Of a DNA stretch of 64,000 bases, positions 10,018 to 18,728 are shown one piece after another. Made by a program: the position numbers and the translations under genes. The notes under the pieces were generated by a model. The model had not been told where the DNA came from. It was given only the letters and a program-made list of their open reading frames with translations, and made no database searches. Origin of the DNA: an uncultured Alphaproteobacteria bacterium (GTDB lineage: Bacteria; Pseudomonadota; Alphaproteobacteria; Paracaedibacterales; CAITNM01); assembly GCA_903893805.1 (NCBI GenBank), contig CAITNM010000011.1:32081-96080 (forward strand), read 5' to 3'. The stretch's first letter is position 1. Each line of letters opens with the position of its first letter.

Positions 10018-11286
10018 CTACGGTTTTTGTAAACATCTAGCTTTCAGCATAAACAAACTACAAAATACGGTGCAACCAGCAATTATTAGGGCTAGTGGGT
10101 AAAGGGATTCAGCCTCAAACAAGCCAATAATAAAAATGCAAATTGCTCCTGCCAGTAATTCGCTTGAGCCTATTAGCGCTGCAGCGCTGCCAGTGCGATC
10201 TTTTTCTTGGTCCATAGCAAGGGTAGCAGCATTTCCAAAAACAAGGGCAAACCCAATACCTGCTGGAAACCTTAGTGCCACCACAATCCACGGAGAAACA
10301 AAAGCAAATACTTGCGCCAAACACATTGTAAAGGCCGTTAGAAAAAAGAGCCCTAAACCAATATTTACTAATTTTTTTAAACTAACGTGATTCACCAAAT
10401 ATTGATTCAAGAATGTACCCAAAATATAGGCAGCCATTAGCACGCTAAGGTACCATCCGAAAGAACTAGCAGCCACGCCATAGTGGTCTTGAAATAAGGG
10501 CGGCAAAAACGCAAGCTCTGACCAAAACCAACCCAAGCTTAAAATTTGAATACCTGCGTAACACAAAAACAAAGGACGCTTTAAAAAGTACTTGTATTCA
10601 TCAACCAACCCAAGAGAAAAATCTTTACGCCTTTTTTCTTGTGGAAGCGTTTCTTTCCCATAAAAAATCATTGCAATAAGCAGCACAAAAGCTACTGCAC
10701 CAAGCACATAAAAAATGCTTGCCCAACCATACATAGTACCAATAATACCACCGATAATCGGGGCAAATGTTGGCGATAGAGCAATCACACTCTGCATGCG
10801 AGAAAACATTTGAGCACCCTTTGCTCCGCCTTTATATAGGTCACGCACCACCGCAACACCTACGGAAAATGCCACGCCTCCGCCTAAACCTTGGAAAAAT
10901 CTGGCAATTAACAGTTGGGTGATATTAGTTGAAAGTCCGCAGGCGAAGCTTGCCACTGTAAATAGAAATAGCCCACCAATAATAACTGGCCTGCGCCCAA
11001 TAGTGTCAGACAAGCTGCCATAATACAGTCCCGATAAGGCCAAGCTTACCAAATTAATACTAAGTGTCGCCCCCACCCAAGATTCATCAACACCAAAAGT
11101 ATGGCCAATCTCCGGCAACACAGGAATATATAAGTCAGAGGCCATATCCACAAGGGCCACTAGCACCGCCATTAAGCAGAACATTAGGGAAGTCTGCACA
11201 GGCATTAAGATTGTTTTGACAGTTTGTCTCAAGATAGGCGTGCAAGCAAACGTTGAACTGTAATATATATAGTTATTTTCCCCCAT
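10018..11286 (-). CDS. MFS transporter, Bcr/CflA-like drug efflux type
   Basis: 12-TM profile with MFS motif A (GSLSDTIGRRPVI). The probable start is ATG 11205 (MPVQTSLMF..). Confidence 0.8.
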   Translation of the reverse strand: MGENNYIYYSSTFACTPILRQTVKTILMPVQTSLMFCLMAVLVALVDMASDLYIPVLPEIGHTFGVDESWVGATLSINLVSLALSGLYYGSLSDTIGRRPVIIGGLFLFTVASFACGLSTNITQLLIARFFQGLGGGVAFSVGVAVVRDLYKGGAKGAQMFSRMQSVIALSPTFAPIIGGIIGTMYGWASIFYVLGAVAFVLLIAMIFYGKETLPQEKRRKDFSLGLVDEYKYFLKRPLFLCYAGIQILSLGWFWSELAFLPPLFQDHYGVAASSFGWYLSVLMAAYILGTFLNQYLVNHVSLKKLVNIGLGLFFLTAFTMCLAQVFAFVSPWIVVALRFPAGIGFALVFGNAATLAMDQEKDRTGSAAALIGSSELLAGAICIFIIGLFEAESLYPLALIIAGCTVFCSLFMLKARCLQKP

Positions 11287-11436
11287 TTTTGCAAGTCACA
11301 TATAAAAATATCAACCCTGCTATGCTTTTTTAATAGTTATCATTATTTATTTTTTTGCTTTATCGTTAGTATATAAACCTTCTTATACCTTATTAAATGC
11401 TCTCTCTACCATTTAAAGACATTATTTTAGCAGTAA

Positions 11437-12294
11437 GTGTTGCAGTGTGTTGGGCATTTAATTAAGTGGGCAATTCAAGGGATTTCCCCCCTCACCTTTG
11501 GATTTTTGCGCTTTGTTTTTGTGGCTTTTCCCTTAGTATTTTTCATTAAACGCCCAAACATTCCCCTACCCAAACTAATTTTAATTGGTCTTCTTTTGGG
11601 CGTGGCAAAATTCGCGCTGATGTTTAAAGGATTAGAAATGGGTATAAGCATTGGAATGTGCGCGCTGACTTTACAAACTCAGGTCATATTCACGGCAATC
11701 TTTTCATATTTTATATTTGGTTATCATTTATCAAAACGTGAAATATTTGGAATTTTTTTAGCGCTTTGCGGAGTAGCTATGTTGGGATTTCAAACAGAAA
11801 ATGCATCGACCTTTACAGGGTTTATCTTGGTCCTTGGTAGCGCACTATGCTGGGGATTGTCGAATAACATTTCCCGAACCTTAAAAGGTGTCGATATTTT
11901 GCAGCTGACCGTATGGATGAGCTTAGTACCGCCCTTGCCTTATTTCCTTTTATCCCAAGTCTGGGAAGGACCAAATGTATTTTTTGATTCATTGCACATG
12001 TTTGGCTTAAAAGAGCTTGCAGCCACAGGCTACATTGTAATTGTTGCTACCTTATTTGGTTTAACAGGATGGACATGGTTAATGCGTCAACATAACCCAG
12101 CCAAAGTTTCTATTTATGGATTACTTATTCCGGTTTTTTCAGTGTTTTTCGGGTGGTTGTGCTTAGACGAAAGCCTAAGTCCATTAGCTCTTTTGGCGTG
12201 TAGTGTAGTATTTTTAGGTTTGGTGATAAATCAATGGCCACGAAAAACGAATGAAACGTCATGCACACCTATTTGCTTACAGAAAGTCGCGTGA
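11437..12294 (+). CDS. EamA/DMT family transporter (N-terminus apparently frameshifted)
   Basis: 10-TM DMT-like profile. ATG 11397 in another frame encodes MLSLPFKDIILAVSVAVCWAFN followed by a stop. This looks like the true EamA N-terminus and joins the main frame (..KWAIQGISPLTFGFLRF) if one T near 11461 is removed. Confidence 0.7.
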   Translation: MLQCVGHLIKWAIQGISPLTFGFLRFVFVAFPLVFFIKRPNIPLPKLILIGLLLGVAKFALMFKGLEMGISIGMCALTLQTQVIFTAIFSYFIFGYHLSKREIFGIFLALCGVAMLGFQTENASTFTGFILVLGSALCWGLSNNISRTLKGVDILQLTVWMSLVPPLPYFLLSQVWEGPNVFFDSLHMFGLKELAATGYIVIVATLFGLTGWTWLMRQHNPAKVSIYGLLIPVFSVFFGWLCLDESLSPLALLACSVVFLGLVINQWPRKTNETSCTPICLQKVA

Positions 12295-12420
12295 AAGTTT
12301 ACTAATCCCCCATCGTCCGGTACGTTCCTCCTAATAATTCCCTAAGCCATAATCGTATGGTTCAGTCCTATAGCACCTACATATCAAGTGAATTATCCCC
12401 ATAATTTCACGTGGTTAATA
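12295..12420. repeat. Copy of the dispersed palindromic element family
   Basis: CCATAATCGTATGGTTCAGTCCTATAGC resembles GGATCCAGTCCTATAGATC at 56896-56914. It also carries the TTTCACGTGG module. Confidence 0.45.
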
Positions 12421-12472
12421 TATTTAATTTCGATCAGCATGTGATTATGTACTGATAACGGAACAATAAATC

Positions 12473-13012
12473 TCAATAGAAATGTAATGAATTAATTTGA
12501 AAAAATAATTTTTCTATCAATGGAGAAACAATCATTATTTTTTGTTTAACCTTTAAAAAATCTGCAAACAGCGAAGTCGTTTCAATATTTTGCACGCCAA
12601 TTTTAAAGAACTCTTCAGTCTGTTGGGAATGCAGATCAACCGTGATCAATTGATCAACACCCGCTGCTTCTATAAGGGTAGCAACTAATCGTGCCGATAC
12701 AGGCCCAAACGCATAGGAAGGCCTATCTTGGCGGCTGTACCCAAAATACGGCACTAATGCAGTAACCTGACGGGCCCCAGAACGCTTTGCAGCATCCACC
12801 AACAGCAGCAATTCCATGAGATGATCATTCGCTGGTTTTGAGGTTGATTGCACGATGATAACATCTTCTTCATGAATACCGTCGGCCAGTTGCACACGCA
12901 GCTCTTCGTCTTCAAAGTGTTCAATAAGTGCCTGAACTTGAGTAATTCCTAGATTTTTGCTAAGTTGCTGAGCTAATTTTTGGCTACTACTACCGGCAAT
13001 AATTTTTGTCAC
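12473..13012 (-). pseudogene. prs: Ribose-phosphate pyrophosphokinase, 3'-truncated remnant
   Basis: The N-terminal ~155 aa align with Prs (VIIVQSTSKPANDHLMELLLLVDAAKRSGA, VPYFGYSRQDR, ITVDLHS). After IMIVSP the sequence turns into AT-rich junk and stops. The whole PRPP-binding C-terminal half is absent in all frames. Confidence 0.8.
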
Positions 13013-13080
13013 GATTGATTATGCTTTGTATTTTTTTTTGTAGTTTAGCCTTCAAGAATTTTTTTGGGAACTCAAGTTAT

Positions 13081-13644
13081 TTAGCTAGACTTTTTACGTT
13101 TTTCATCCTCAGGTAAATCTAGTATGTTTTTGCGCTTTTTTGAGAAAGTAAATTGCTCCTCTTCAGTCGCTGCTGGGGAGTCAAAATCCAACAAAGAATC
13201 CAAATACTTTGCAGCAATGACACGAGAATTGATTAATCGATGAGATCTAGTTTTTTCTATTATTTCTGCTAACCTTTTTTTCGTATATACAGGAATAACC
13301 TCATTAGCAGTCAAGAAAAACCTTTTAAGTATTCGTTGAGCATATTTATGATGGCGTGCTAAAGAATCATTTTGCAAAATATCACAAACCATGAATCCTT
13401 GCGTTAGAATATCAAGACTTTTCCATACTAAAATTGCATGCTCATGATGCTCTTGAAATTTATCTAGACGTAAAATGTTACAAGCAATAACTTCCTTCGC
13501 TAAAGAAATTGACGAATGAACGCTTTCATCAAATGAGAATTCTTCCCAAGCTGTTATAGCAGCTTCATGTTGGTAATATTCTTTTAAAGACTTATTTGTA
13601 AAAAGGTGTAAGACAATGAATGCTTTTGCTTTAATTGGAAGCAA
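13081..13644 (-). CDS. Hypothetical protein, probable 3' part of a split gene
   Basis: 187-aa ORF with a TTG start and a K-rich C-terminus. LFTNKSLKEYYQHEAA repeats the ILTNRDLTEYHQKNAE motif of the upstream ORF. Confidence 0.5.
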   Translation of the reverse strand: MLPIKAKAFIVLHLFTNKSLKEYYQHEAAITAWEEFSFDESVHSSISLAKEVIACNILRLDKFQEHHEHAILVWKSLDILTQGFMVCDILQNDSLARHHKYAQRILKRFFLTANEVIPVYTKKRLAEIIEKTRSHRLINSRVIAAKYLDSLLDFDSPAATEEEQFTFSKKRKNILDLPEDEKRKKSS

Positions 13645-13652
13645 CCCCTCAG

Positions 13653-13955
13653 TTAAAAGAGCAACCCCCGCAGATGCCGCCTGTAAGTGAAATTTTTTAG
13701 ATCTTTTTCAAGTAAAATCTGTTCTATAAGTTTAGCTCTAATACTGGGGAAAACTTCGGTATTTTCAAGATAGGCTGACGCATCCTCTGCGTTTTTTTGA
13801 TGATACTCAGTCAAATCTCTATTCGTCAAAATAGAATGAATAATTCCAGCATAATAATCAGGGTGATGAACAGGTCCTTCTGCAGCATAAAAAGAGCTTA
13901 CAAAATTCAATATAAAAAGACTTGTAACACTAACTTTTAAAAAAAATTCCAGCAC
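13653..13955 (-). CDS. Hypothetical secreted protein, probable 5' part of a split gene
   Basis: 100-aa ORF with signal-like MLEFFLKVSVTSLFILNFVSSFYA. It is separated from 13081..13644 by a 20-nt segment flanked by direct GGGGTTGCT repeats. Confidence 0.5.
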   Translation of the reverse strand: MLEFFLKVSVTSLFILNFVSSFYAAEGPVHHPDYYAGIIHSILTNRDLTEYHQKNAEDASAYLENTEVFPSIRAKLIEQILLEKDLKNFTYRRHLRGLLF

Positions 13956-14021
13956 AACACTATTTTTTAATTAACGCAAACAAGCAACATATAATTTTAT
14001 GTTGCTATTTTCAATGTACTA

Positions 14022-14996
14022 TCAAGCATTAACCGCTGAAATCATCCAAGAATAACTACGGCTATTAAACGGATTAGTAACCCGTTCATGGGTAATATTG
14101 GTAAATCCTTGGCTTTCTAGAAATTTGTTAATGGGTGATTCTGGTTGTGATTGTTCAAGCCTTTCTAGTTCAAGCAACACAAGAAGGCTGAGCGATTGAT
14201 GAAAAGCTTCAGGTGCTACACACGCATCAACTTCCTGTGTAAGCTTTGCAAAATACTCTTCCCTTGTAAGACGAATTTCCCCTGTAGAAATTTCCATAGC
14301 TGCTTGCACAAGGTCAACAGCTTGCCTGCACAATGAAGTTGAGAAAGGTTCGGTAAGTGCAAGGTTTAATTCTACTAAAAATCTAGGAGAAACATTCAAG
14401 CTAAAGCAGTTATCGGCTTTTAGCGCCAATAAAGGAATGTGCTCTATATAAAGGTTTGCACCAGGTTTCATATGTTTTACAAGGTTTTCAATTGCATGGG
14501 GCATAAGAATAGCGTCTATTGTAGGAGGAGTCTCCATTTCTTCAATCATACGTTTGAGTAAAAAATTACGCACATCGGAAGCATAATTGATTGAGCGAGC
14601 AGAAAGTCCTCTTATATTTTGAAGCTTAATCGCAGGATCTTGCGCTGCCGCCATTCTTTGCAAATCCAAAACTGTTCGCACACCATGACTTGGAAACAAT
14701 TCCATAAACACAGCAACAATAGGAGCTTCAGGAATGAATGAGCAAACGTCAGTTTGGGAAATGTGACGCCCAGGCACAGTATCATCAGGGTGCAAATCCA
14801 ATGTAGTTGCCATGCCATCAAATGTATGTTCATGGGTAAAATCAGCAGCGGGATTATGATGATAAGATCGCAAATATGGACTGTGAAGCTGCCCTTCCGT
14901 TTTATTACTGCCAACAACTAAATATAACTCAGCAGGCGTTGCTGCATACAATAATGAAAAACACACGAGCGCTGCAATTTTACAAATTTTTATCAT
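14022..14996 (-). CDS. Hypothetical secreted protein
   Basis: 324 aa with the signal-like start MIKICKIAALVCFSLLYA. There is only a weak class-I methyltransferase-like pattern (TLDLHPDD, LKPGANLYIE, C-terminal GFTNI). Confidence 0.6.
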   Translation of the reverse strand: MIKICKIAALVCFSLLYAATPAELYLVVGSNKTEGQLHSPYLRSYHHNPAADFTHEHTFDGMATTLDLHPDDTVPGRHISQTDVCSFIPEAPIVAVFMELFPSHGVRTVLDLQRMAAAQDPAIKLQNIRGLSARSINYASDVRNFLLKRMIEEMETPPTIDAILMPHAIENLVKHMKPGANLYIEHIPLLALKADNCFSLNVSPRFLVELNLALTEPFSTSLCRQAVDLVQAAMEISTGEIRLTREEYFAKLTQEVDACVAPEAFHQSLSLLVLLELERLEQSQPESPINKFLESQGFTNITHERVTNPFNSRSYSWMISAVNA

Positions 14997-15082
14997 GAAA
15001 ATATTTCTTAAATGAGAATAATTAAGAGGACATAATACCGTAACCTAGAAATTTTTGGAATTTTTATTTCAAGGCATTTTCA

Positions 15083-15976
15083 TTATGAAATGCCATTTCC
15101 TATTTGTGCACTCCCAGAACGGCTTACAATAATCTCACCGGTTTTTGCGTCAACAAACACACAACAAGACGCATAAAAATTATCATTAAGTCCATACGTA
15201 CTATCAAAATTAAGGCCACTTACAGGGCCAATGGTGAGAGAACTTCCCAAGGTAATTGTAGAAATGTAAGAAGAACAAACCGGCCCCCCGATTGTTAAAA
15301 CCTTTCCTGAGTAATCTACAATTGGTGGACATGCTAAAGAACTATTCAGTACACTAAATTTTTTCACAACTGCTTGTTCAAGGCACTTACTTGGGTGATA
15401 GATACGACAACTATACGTTGAAAGACACAACGAAGATAAACCAGATTCAAAAATAAGATGTTCATCACCAGCAAGGCTTGGTCGTGTAATGGTTGTAACA
15501 GAAATATTTTTACTTTTAAACAATTCATAAATTTTCAACATTAAATCTGAAGTGTACAAACTTACCAAATGCGCGCACGTCATGCGTTCTTCGTTTGACA
15601 GAAACCGATCTAAATCAGATTCTAATGACCTAAAAACCACATTCCTGGTAACATGGCTTGCAAATACTTCGCCTGTATCTTTTCGCAAAACAATAGCTAC
15701 ACAGTCCATTATTCCTTGGGTCATATACTGGTAAAACTGCTCATTTGGTTTAACTACATGTATGTCTCCTTCATAACAAATAGTACATTTTGAAAAGTCT
15801 ACCTTTGAAAAAAGACTTTCTGTTGAAATAGGGAGAGATGGAAATGAGTTTAAAATTTCGTATTTTTTACTGCGTTCTTTGTATTGATTGTCATCAAAAA
15901 CACCGTTAAATACTGCCGCTGCAGATAAGTTTGAAAATTTAAGAAGTAAAATTAAAAAGAGGAAGAAAAATTTCAT
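15083..15976 (-). CDS. Hypothetical secreted protein with CheD/CNF1-like Cys-His motif
   Basis: 297 aa with the signal-like start MKFFFLFLILLLKFSNLSA. In the motif QGIMDCVAIVLRKDTGEVFASHV the His lies 16 residues after the Cys. Confidence 0.6.
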   Translation of the reverse strand: MKFFFLFLILLLKFSNLSAAAVFNGVFDDNQYKERSKKYEILNSFPSLPISTESLFSKVDFSKCTICYEGDIHVVKPNEQFYQYMTQGIMDCVAIVLRKDTGEVFASHVTRNVVFRSLESDLDRFLSNEERMTCAHLVSLYTSDLMLKIYELFKSKNISVTTITRPSLAGDEHLIFESGLSSLCLSTYSCRIYHPSKCLEQAVVKKFSVLNSSLACPPIVDYSGKVLTIGGPVCSSYISTITLGSSLTIGPVSGLNFDSTYGLNDNFYASCCVFVDAKTGEIIVSRSGSAQIGNGIS

Positions 15977-15990
15977 ATATAAAACCCTCG

Positions 15991-16752
15991 CTACACCAAC
16001 CCAATCACTGATAATTGGCTACCAAACGAAGGCTCATTCGCATGGGCAGAGCGCCGGCAGCTGAAATACTGGTCTTTTAAAGCATAGGTATCAAAGGGCA
16101 ATGCACTTGCATTTTCAATACCCTGCCCTTTTAATTGGTTAAGCACGTATCCACCTAAATCAAAAAGATAATGACTAGGCTTTGCTGAAGGCATAAAAAA
16201 CGTGGGTGCTTTTGCAGCATCAAAAACGTCTTGGCCAACTTCGTAACTTGCTTGATGAATACATGGGCCAATGGCAGCTATTATGTTTTCTTTTTTAGCT
16301 CCTAATGCTTGCATCGCATTAACAGTTTTTTTAACAATTCCAACAACTGCACTTTTCCACCCTGCATGAACAGCACCAATAACTCGTGTAACGGGATCAG
16401 CTAGTAAAATTGGCGCGCAATCAGCAGTTTGAATAGCAAGCAGCCGACCAGGAGTTTTTGTAACCATGGCATCCATCTGATAGCCATTTTCGGTAGTAGC
16501 ATCAACCACCAAGACGTCAGTTTTATGAACTTGACGCAAGGTGACCATGTGATCAGCATTCATCGCTTTTAATATGCGCTTACGATTTTCAATGACATTA
16601 ATGTCATCATCATCTTTATGAAAACCAGTGTTTAGGCTTGTGTAAATTCCTTGGCTAACGCCACCAGTGCGTCCGAAAAATCCATGAATAATACCCCTAT
16701 GATTAAGCATATCTGCTGTTTCATACGGAACCTCTATCCTGGACTTTACCAC
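15991..16752 (-). CDS. pgeF: Peptidoglycan editing factor PgeF (YfiH, laccase-domain protein)
   Basis: HGFFGRTGGVS, TADCAPILLADP and HAGWKS motifs of the YfiH family. Confidence 0.85.
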   Translation of the reverse strand: MVKSRIEVPYETADMLNHRGIIHGFFGRTGGVSQGIYTSLNTGFHKDDDDINVIENRKRILKAMNADHMVTLRQVHKTDVLVVDATTENGYQMDAMVTKTPGRLLAIQTADCAPILLADPVTRVIGAVHAGWKSAVVGIVKKTVNAMQALGAKKENIIAAIGPCIHQASYEVGQDVFDAAKAPTFFMPSAKPSHYLFDLGGYVLNQLKGQGIENASALPFDTYALKDQYFSCRRSAHANEPSFGSQLSVIGLV

Positions 16753-17771
16753 TGAAAAACCTCAAGAACTTTGAAGCGTTGCCCCATTTCTGTAGGTGCC
16801 ACCAAACGCGTTGCGCCTGTAGTTAAGGCGAAACTTTGCTCAGGTGACGCAATACTAAGTAATTTTTCAAGACGTTGTTCAATACCAAGCCTTAACAAAA
16901 AATTCCCTTGAGGCTGGAATCTAAAGTTTGTAGCAATACCGCACAAACGATGAAAATCAACCTGGTGTGATACATCAGAAAAACCTAACCCTTGCAACAC
17001 ATTAACCGGCTTATGCTGAAAAAGTGCTTGTAAAGTATCACCAAATCGTGACTCTGGCGGAGTATCATCTCCATAATCAATAATCAAACCAACTCCAGGC
17101 GTTAAGTGGCTCATTATTTCGTGCATAATTTCTTCACCCTTTGGGCAGGTTTCTTTTATGCTATTGGGATTTCCAGGCGGGAAAAAAACCAAATCCTTTT
17201 CTTTTTCACTATAACGGATCATCCGCTCTTCATGGCCCACAAACTGACGAATAGGAAGAGTATCAAAAAATTCATTGGCAATGACTATAGTGAAATCAGC
17301 ACCCTTGGGAACATCTGATAGATTTTTGTACCAATACACAAAAGGAAAATCAGCCAAGTTCTGCCGCTGTTGTTCATAAAGTTGCGGACAAATTTCCACA
17401 CAACTAACAGTTAAACTTTCCAAAAATCCTTCTTGACGTTCCCCTATACGCAAAATATCTTGCATAAGTGTGCCACGTCCGGGCCCTAATTCAATAAGGT
17501 GCAGTGATTGAGGCATACCAGCTTCTTGCCACTGGGCAATGCACCAAAACGCAAGCATTTCTCCGAACAACTGAGAAATTTCAGGCGCTGTTATAAAATC
17601 GCCTTGAGACCCAATAACACTATTGTGCGCGTAATATCCAAATTCCGGATGGTAGAGACCTAGTTTTTGGGCTTCCTCTACGGTAACTGGGCCGTTCTTT
17701 CGAATATAGTCTTGAAAGCACGAAGGCGCACTACCGTCAGAAGGATGCTTAGCAAAAGCATGAGCGTACAT
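16746..17771 (-). CDS. SAM-dependent methyltransferase, MidA/NDUFAF7 (DUF185) family
   Basis: GDFITAPEISQLFGEMLAFW and IELGPGRGTLM motifs. It overlaps lgt by 94 nt and pgeF by 7 nt. Confidence 0.8.
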   Translation of the reverse strand: MYAHAFAKHPSDGSAPSCFQDYIRKNGPVTVEEAQKLGLYHPEFGYYAHNSVIGSQGDFITAPEISQLFGEMLAFWCIAQWQEAGMPQSLHLIELGPGRGTLMQDILRIGERQEGFLESLTVSCVEICPQLYEQQRQNLADFPFVYWYKNLSDVPKGADFTIVIANEFFDTLPIRQFVGHEERMIRYSEKEKDLVFFPPGNPNSIKETCPKGEEIMHEIMSHLTPGVGLIIDYGDDTPPESRFGDTLQALFQHKPVNVLQGLGFSDVSHQVDFHRLCGIATNFRFQPQGNFLLRLGIEQRLEKLLSIASPEQSFALTTGATRLVAPTEMGQRFKVLEVFQW

Positions 17772-18496
17772 AATATAATACCAACCCCGATTGCATGGGT
17801 GCCCAATTGCACAACCACTTCTTGTACTTTAAACGGTTCAACAATCAAGCGAAAGAGGGCATATAAACTTAAAAACAAACAACCTGTTAAACCCTTACAT
17901 GCCCTTAATTTGGGGGAATATTTGTAAGCAAAATTTAGTACAAAAAACAAGACTAAGCCTTCTAAGGCTGCTTCATAAATTTGGGTAGGATGCCGTGCCA
18001 CAGATTGCCTTGGAAAAACCACGCCCCAGGGAAGACTTGTTTCTACCCCATATAATTCAGCATTAATGAAGTTTGCCAAACGCCCAAAAAATAGCCCGAT
18101 TGGCGATATTAATGCCATGAGGTCACCAAGACAGTAAAAATCTAACTTATGACGTTTGGTGTAGATAATGGTCATGACAACAACACCAAGCAATCCACCA
18201 TGGAATGACATGCCACCTTGCCAAACTTGTAAAATTTCTAACGGGTGACTTAAGTAATAAATTGGATCATACAACATGGTGTGCCCAAGCCGACCACCAA
18301 TGACAATACCAATAACCACGTAAGGCAAAAGGTCATCAAATAATTTGGGGGTAATGTTAAATTGAAAACGTCTGAGTAATCCATGAGCCCAATGACACGC
18401 TAAAATGATACCGATAACGTAAGATATGCCATACCAATGCACCTTTAAAGGGCCAAGGATTATAGCAACTGGATCAATGGCTGGAAAAGAAATCAT
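17678..18496 (-). CDS. lgt: Prolipoprotein diacylglyceryl transferase
   Basis: IDPVAI..GPLKVHWYGISYVIG, HGGLLG and GRLANFINAELYG motifs. Confidence 0.9.
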   Translation of the reverse strand: MISFPAIDPVAIILGPLKVHWYGISYVIGIILACHWAHGLLRRFQFNITPKLFDDLLPYVVIGIVIGGRLGHTMLYDPIYYLSHPLEILQVWQGGMSFHGGLLGVVVMTIIYTKRHKLDFYCLGDLMALISPIGLFFGRLANFINAELYGVETSLPWGVVFPRQSVARHPTQIYEAALEGLVLFFVLNFAYKYSPKLRACKGLTGCLFLSLYALFRLIVEPFKVQEVVVQLGTHAIGVGIILCTLMLLLSILLTVVRLRAFKTIFERTAQLP

Positions 18497-18728
18497 CGAA
18501 TAGCAAATTCAACCTATGCAGACAGGCTACCACACAAACATAAACCCTAAAAGTCACCCCTTAGTTGCTCTCATAATATGAGATTATTGTCCTCTCGGGT
18601 GATCGAACCTGAGCATTTCATGCTTAGAATGAATACTAAAGTGAAAAAAAATGACAAAAGTTGCTTGAGCTTTTTACAAAAAACCCCTTAGCTAATCACG
18701 TAAGGTTATGTAAAGGAAAGATTTAAAA

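Noticed and set aside
17678-17771. 94-nt overlap between lgt and the MidA-like gene, as a possible mis-annotation or frameshift
   Set aside because: MidA homology (..NGPVTVEEAQKLGLYHPEFGYY) requires a start upstream of 17700, and the only Met is at 17771. The lgt tail is plausibly just long. No frame break is evident.
18560-18650. tRNA-like fragment on the minus strand (GGTTCGATCACCC T-loop-like string and a possible GAA anticodon loop)
   Set aside because: A cloverleaf cannot be completed. The T stem overlaps the anticodon stem, and there is no acceptor stem or D arm. At most it is a tRNA remnant or a chance match.
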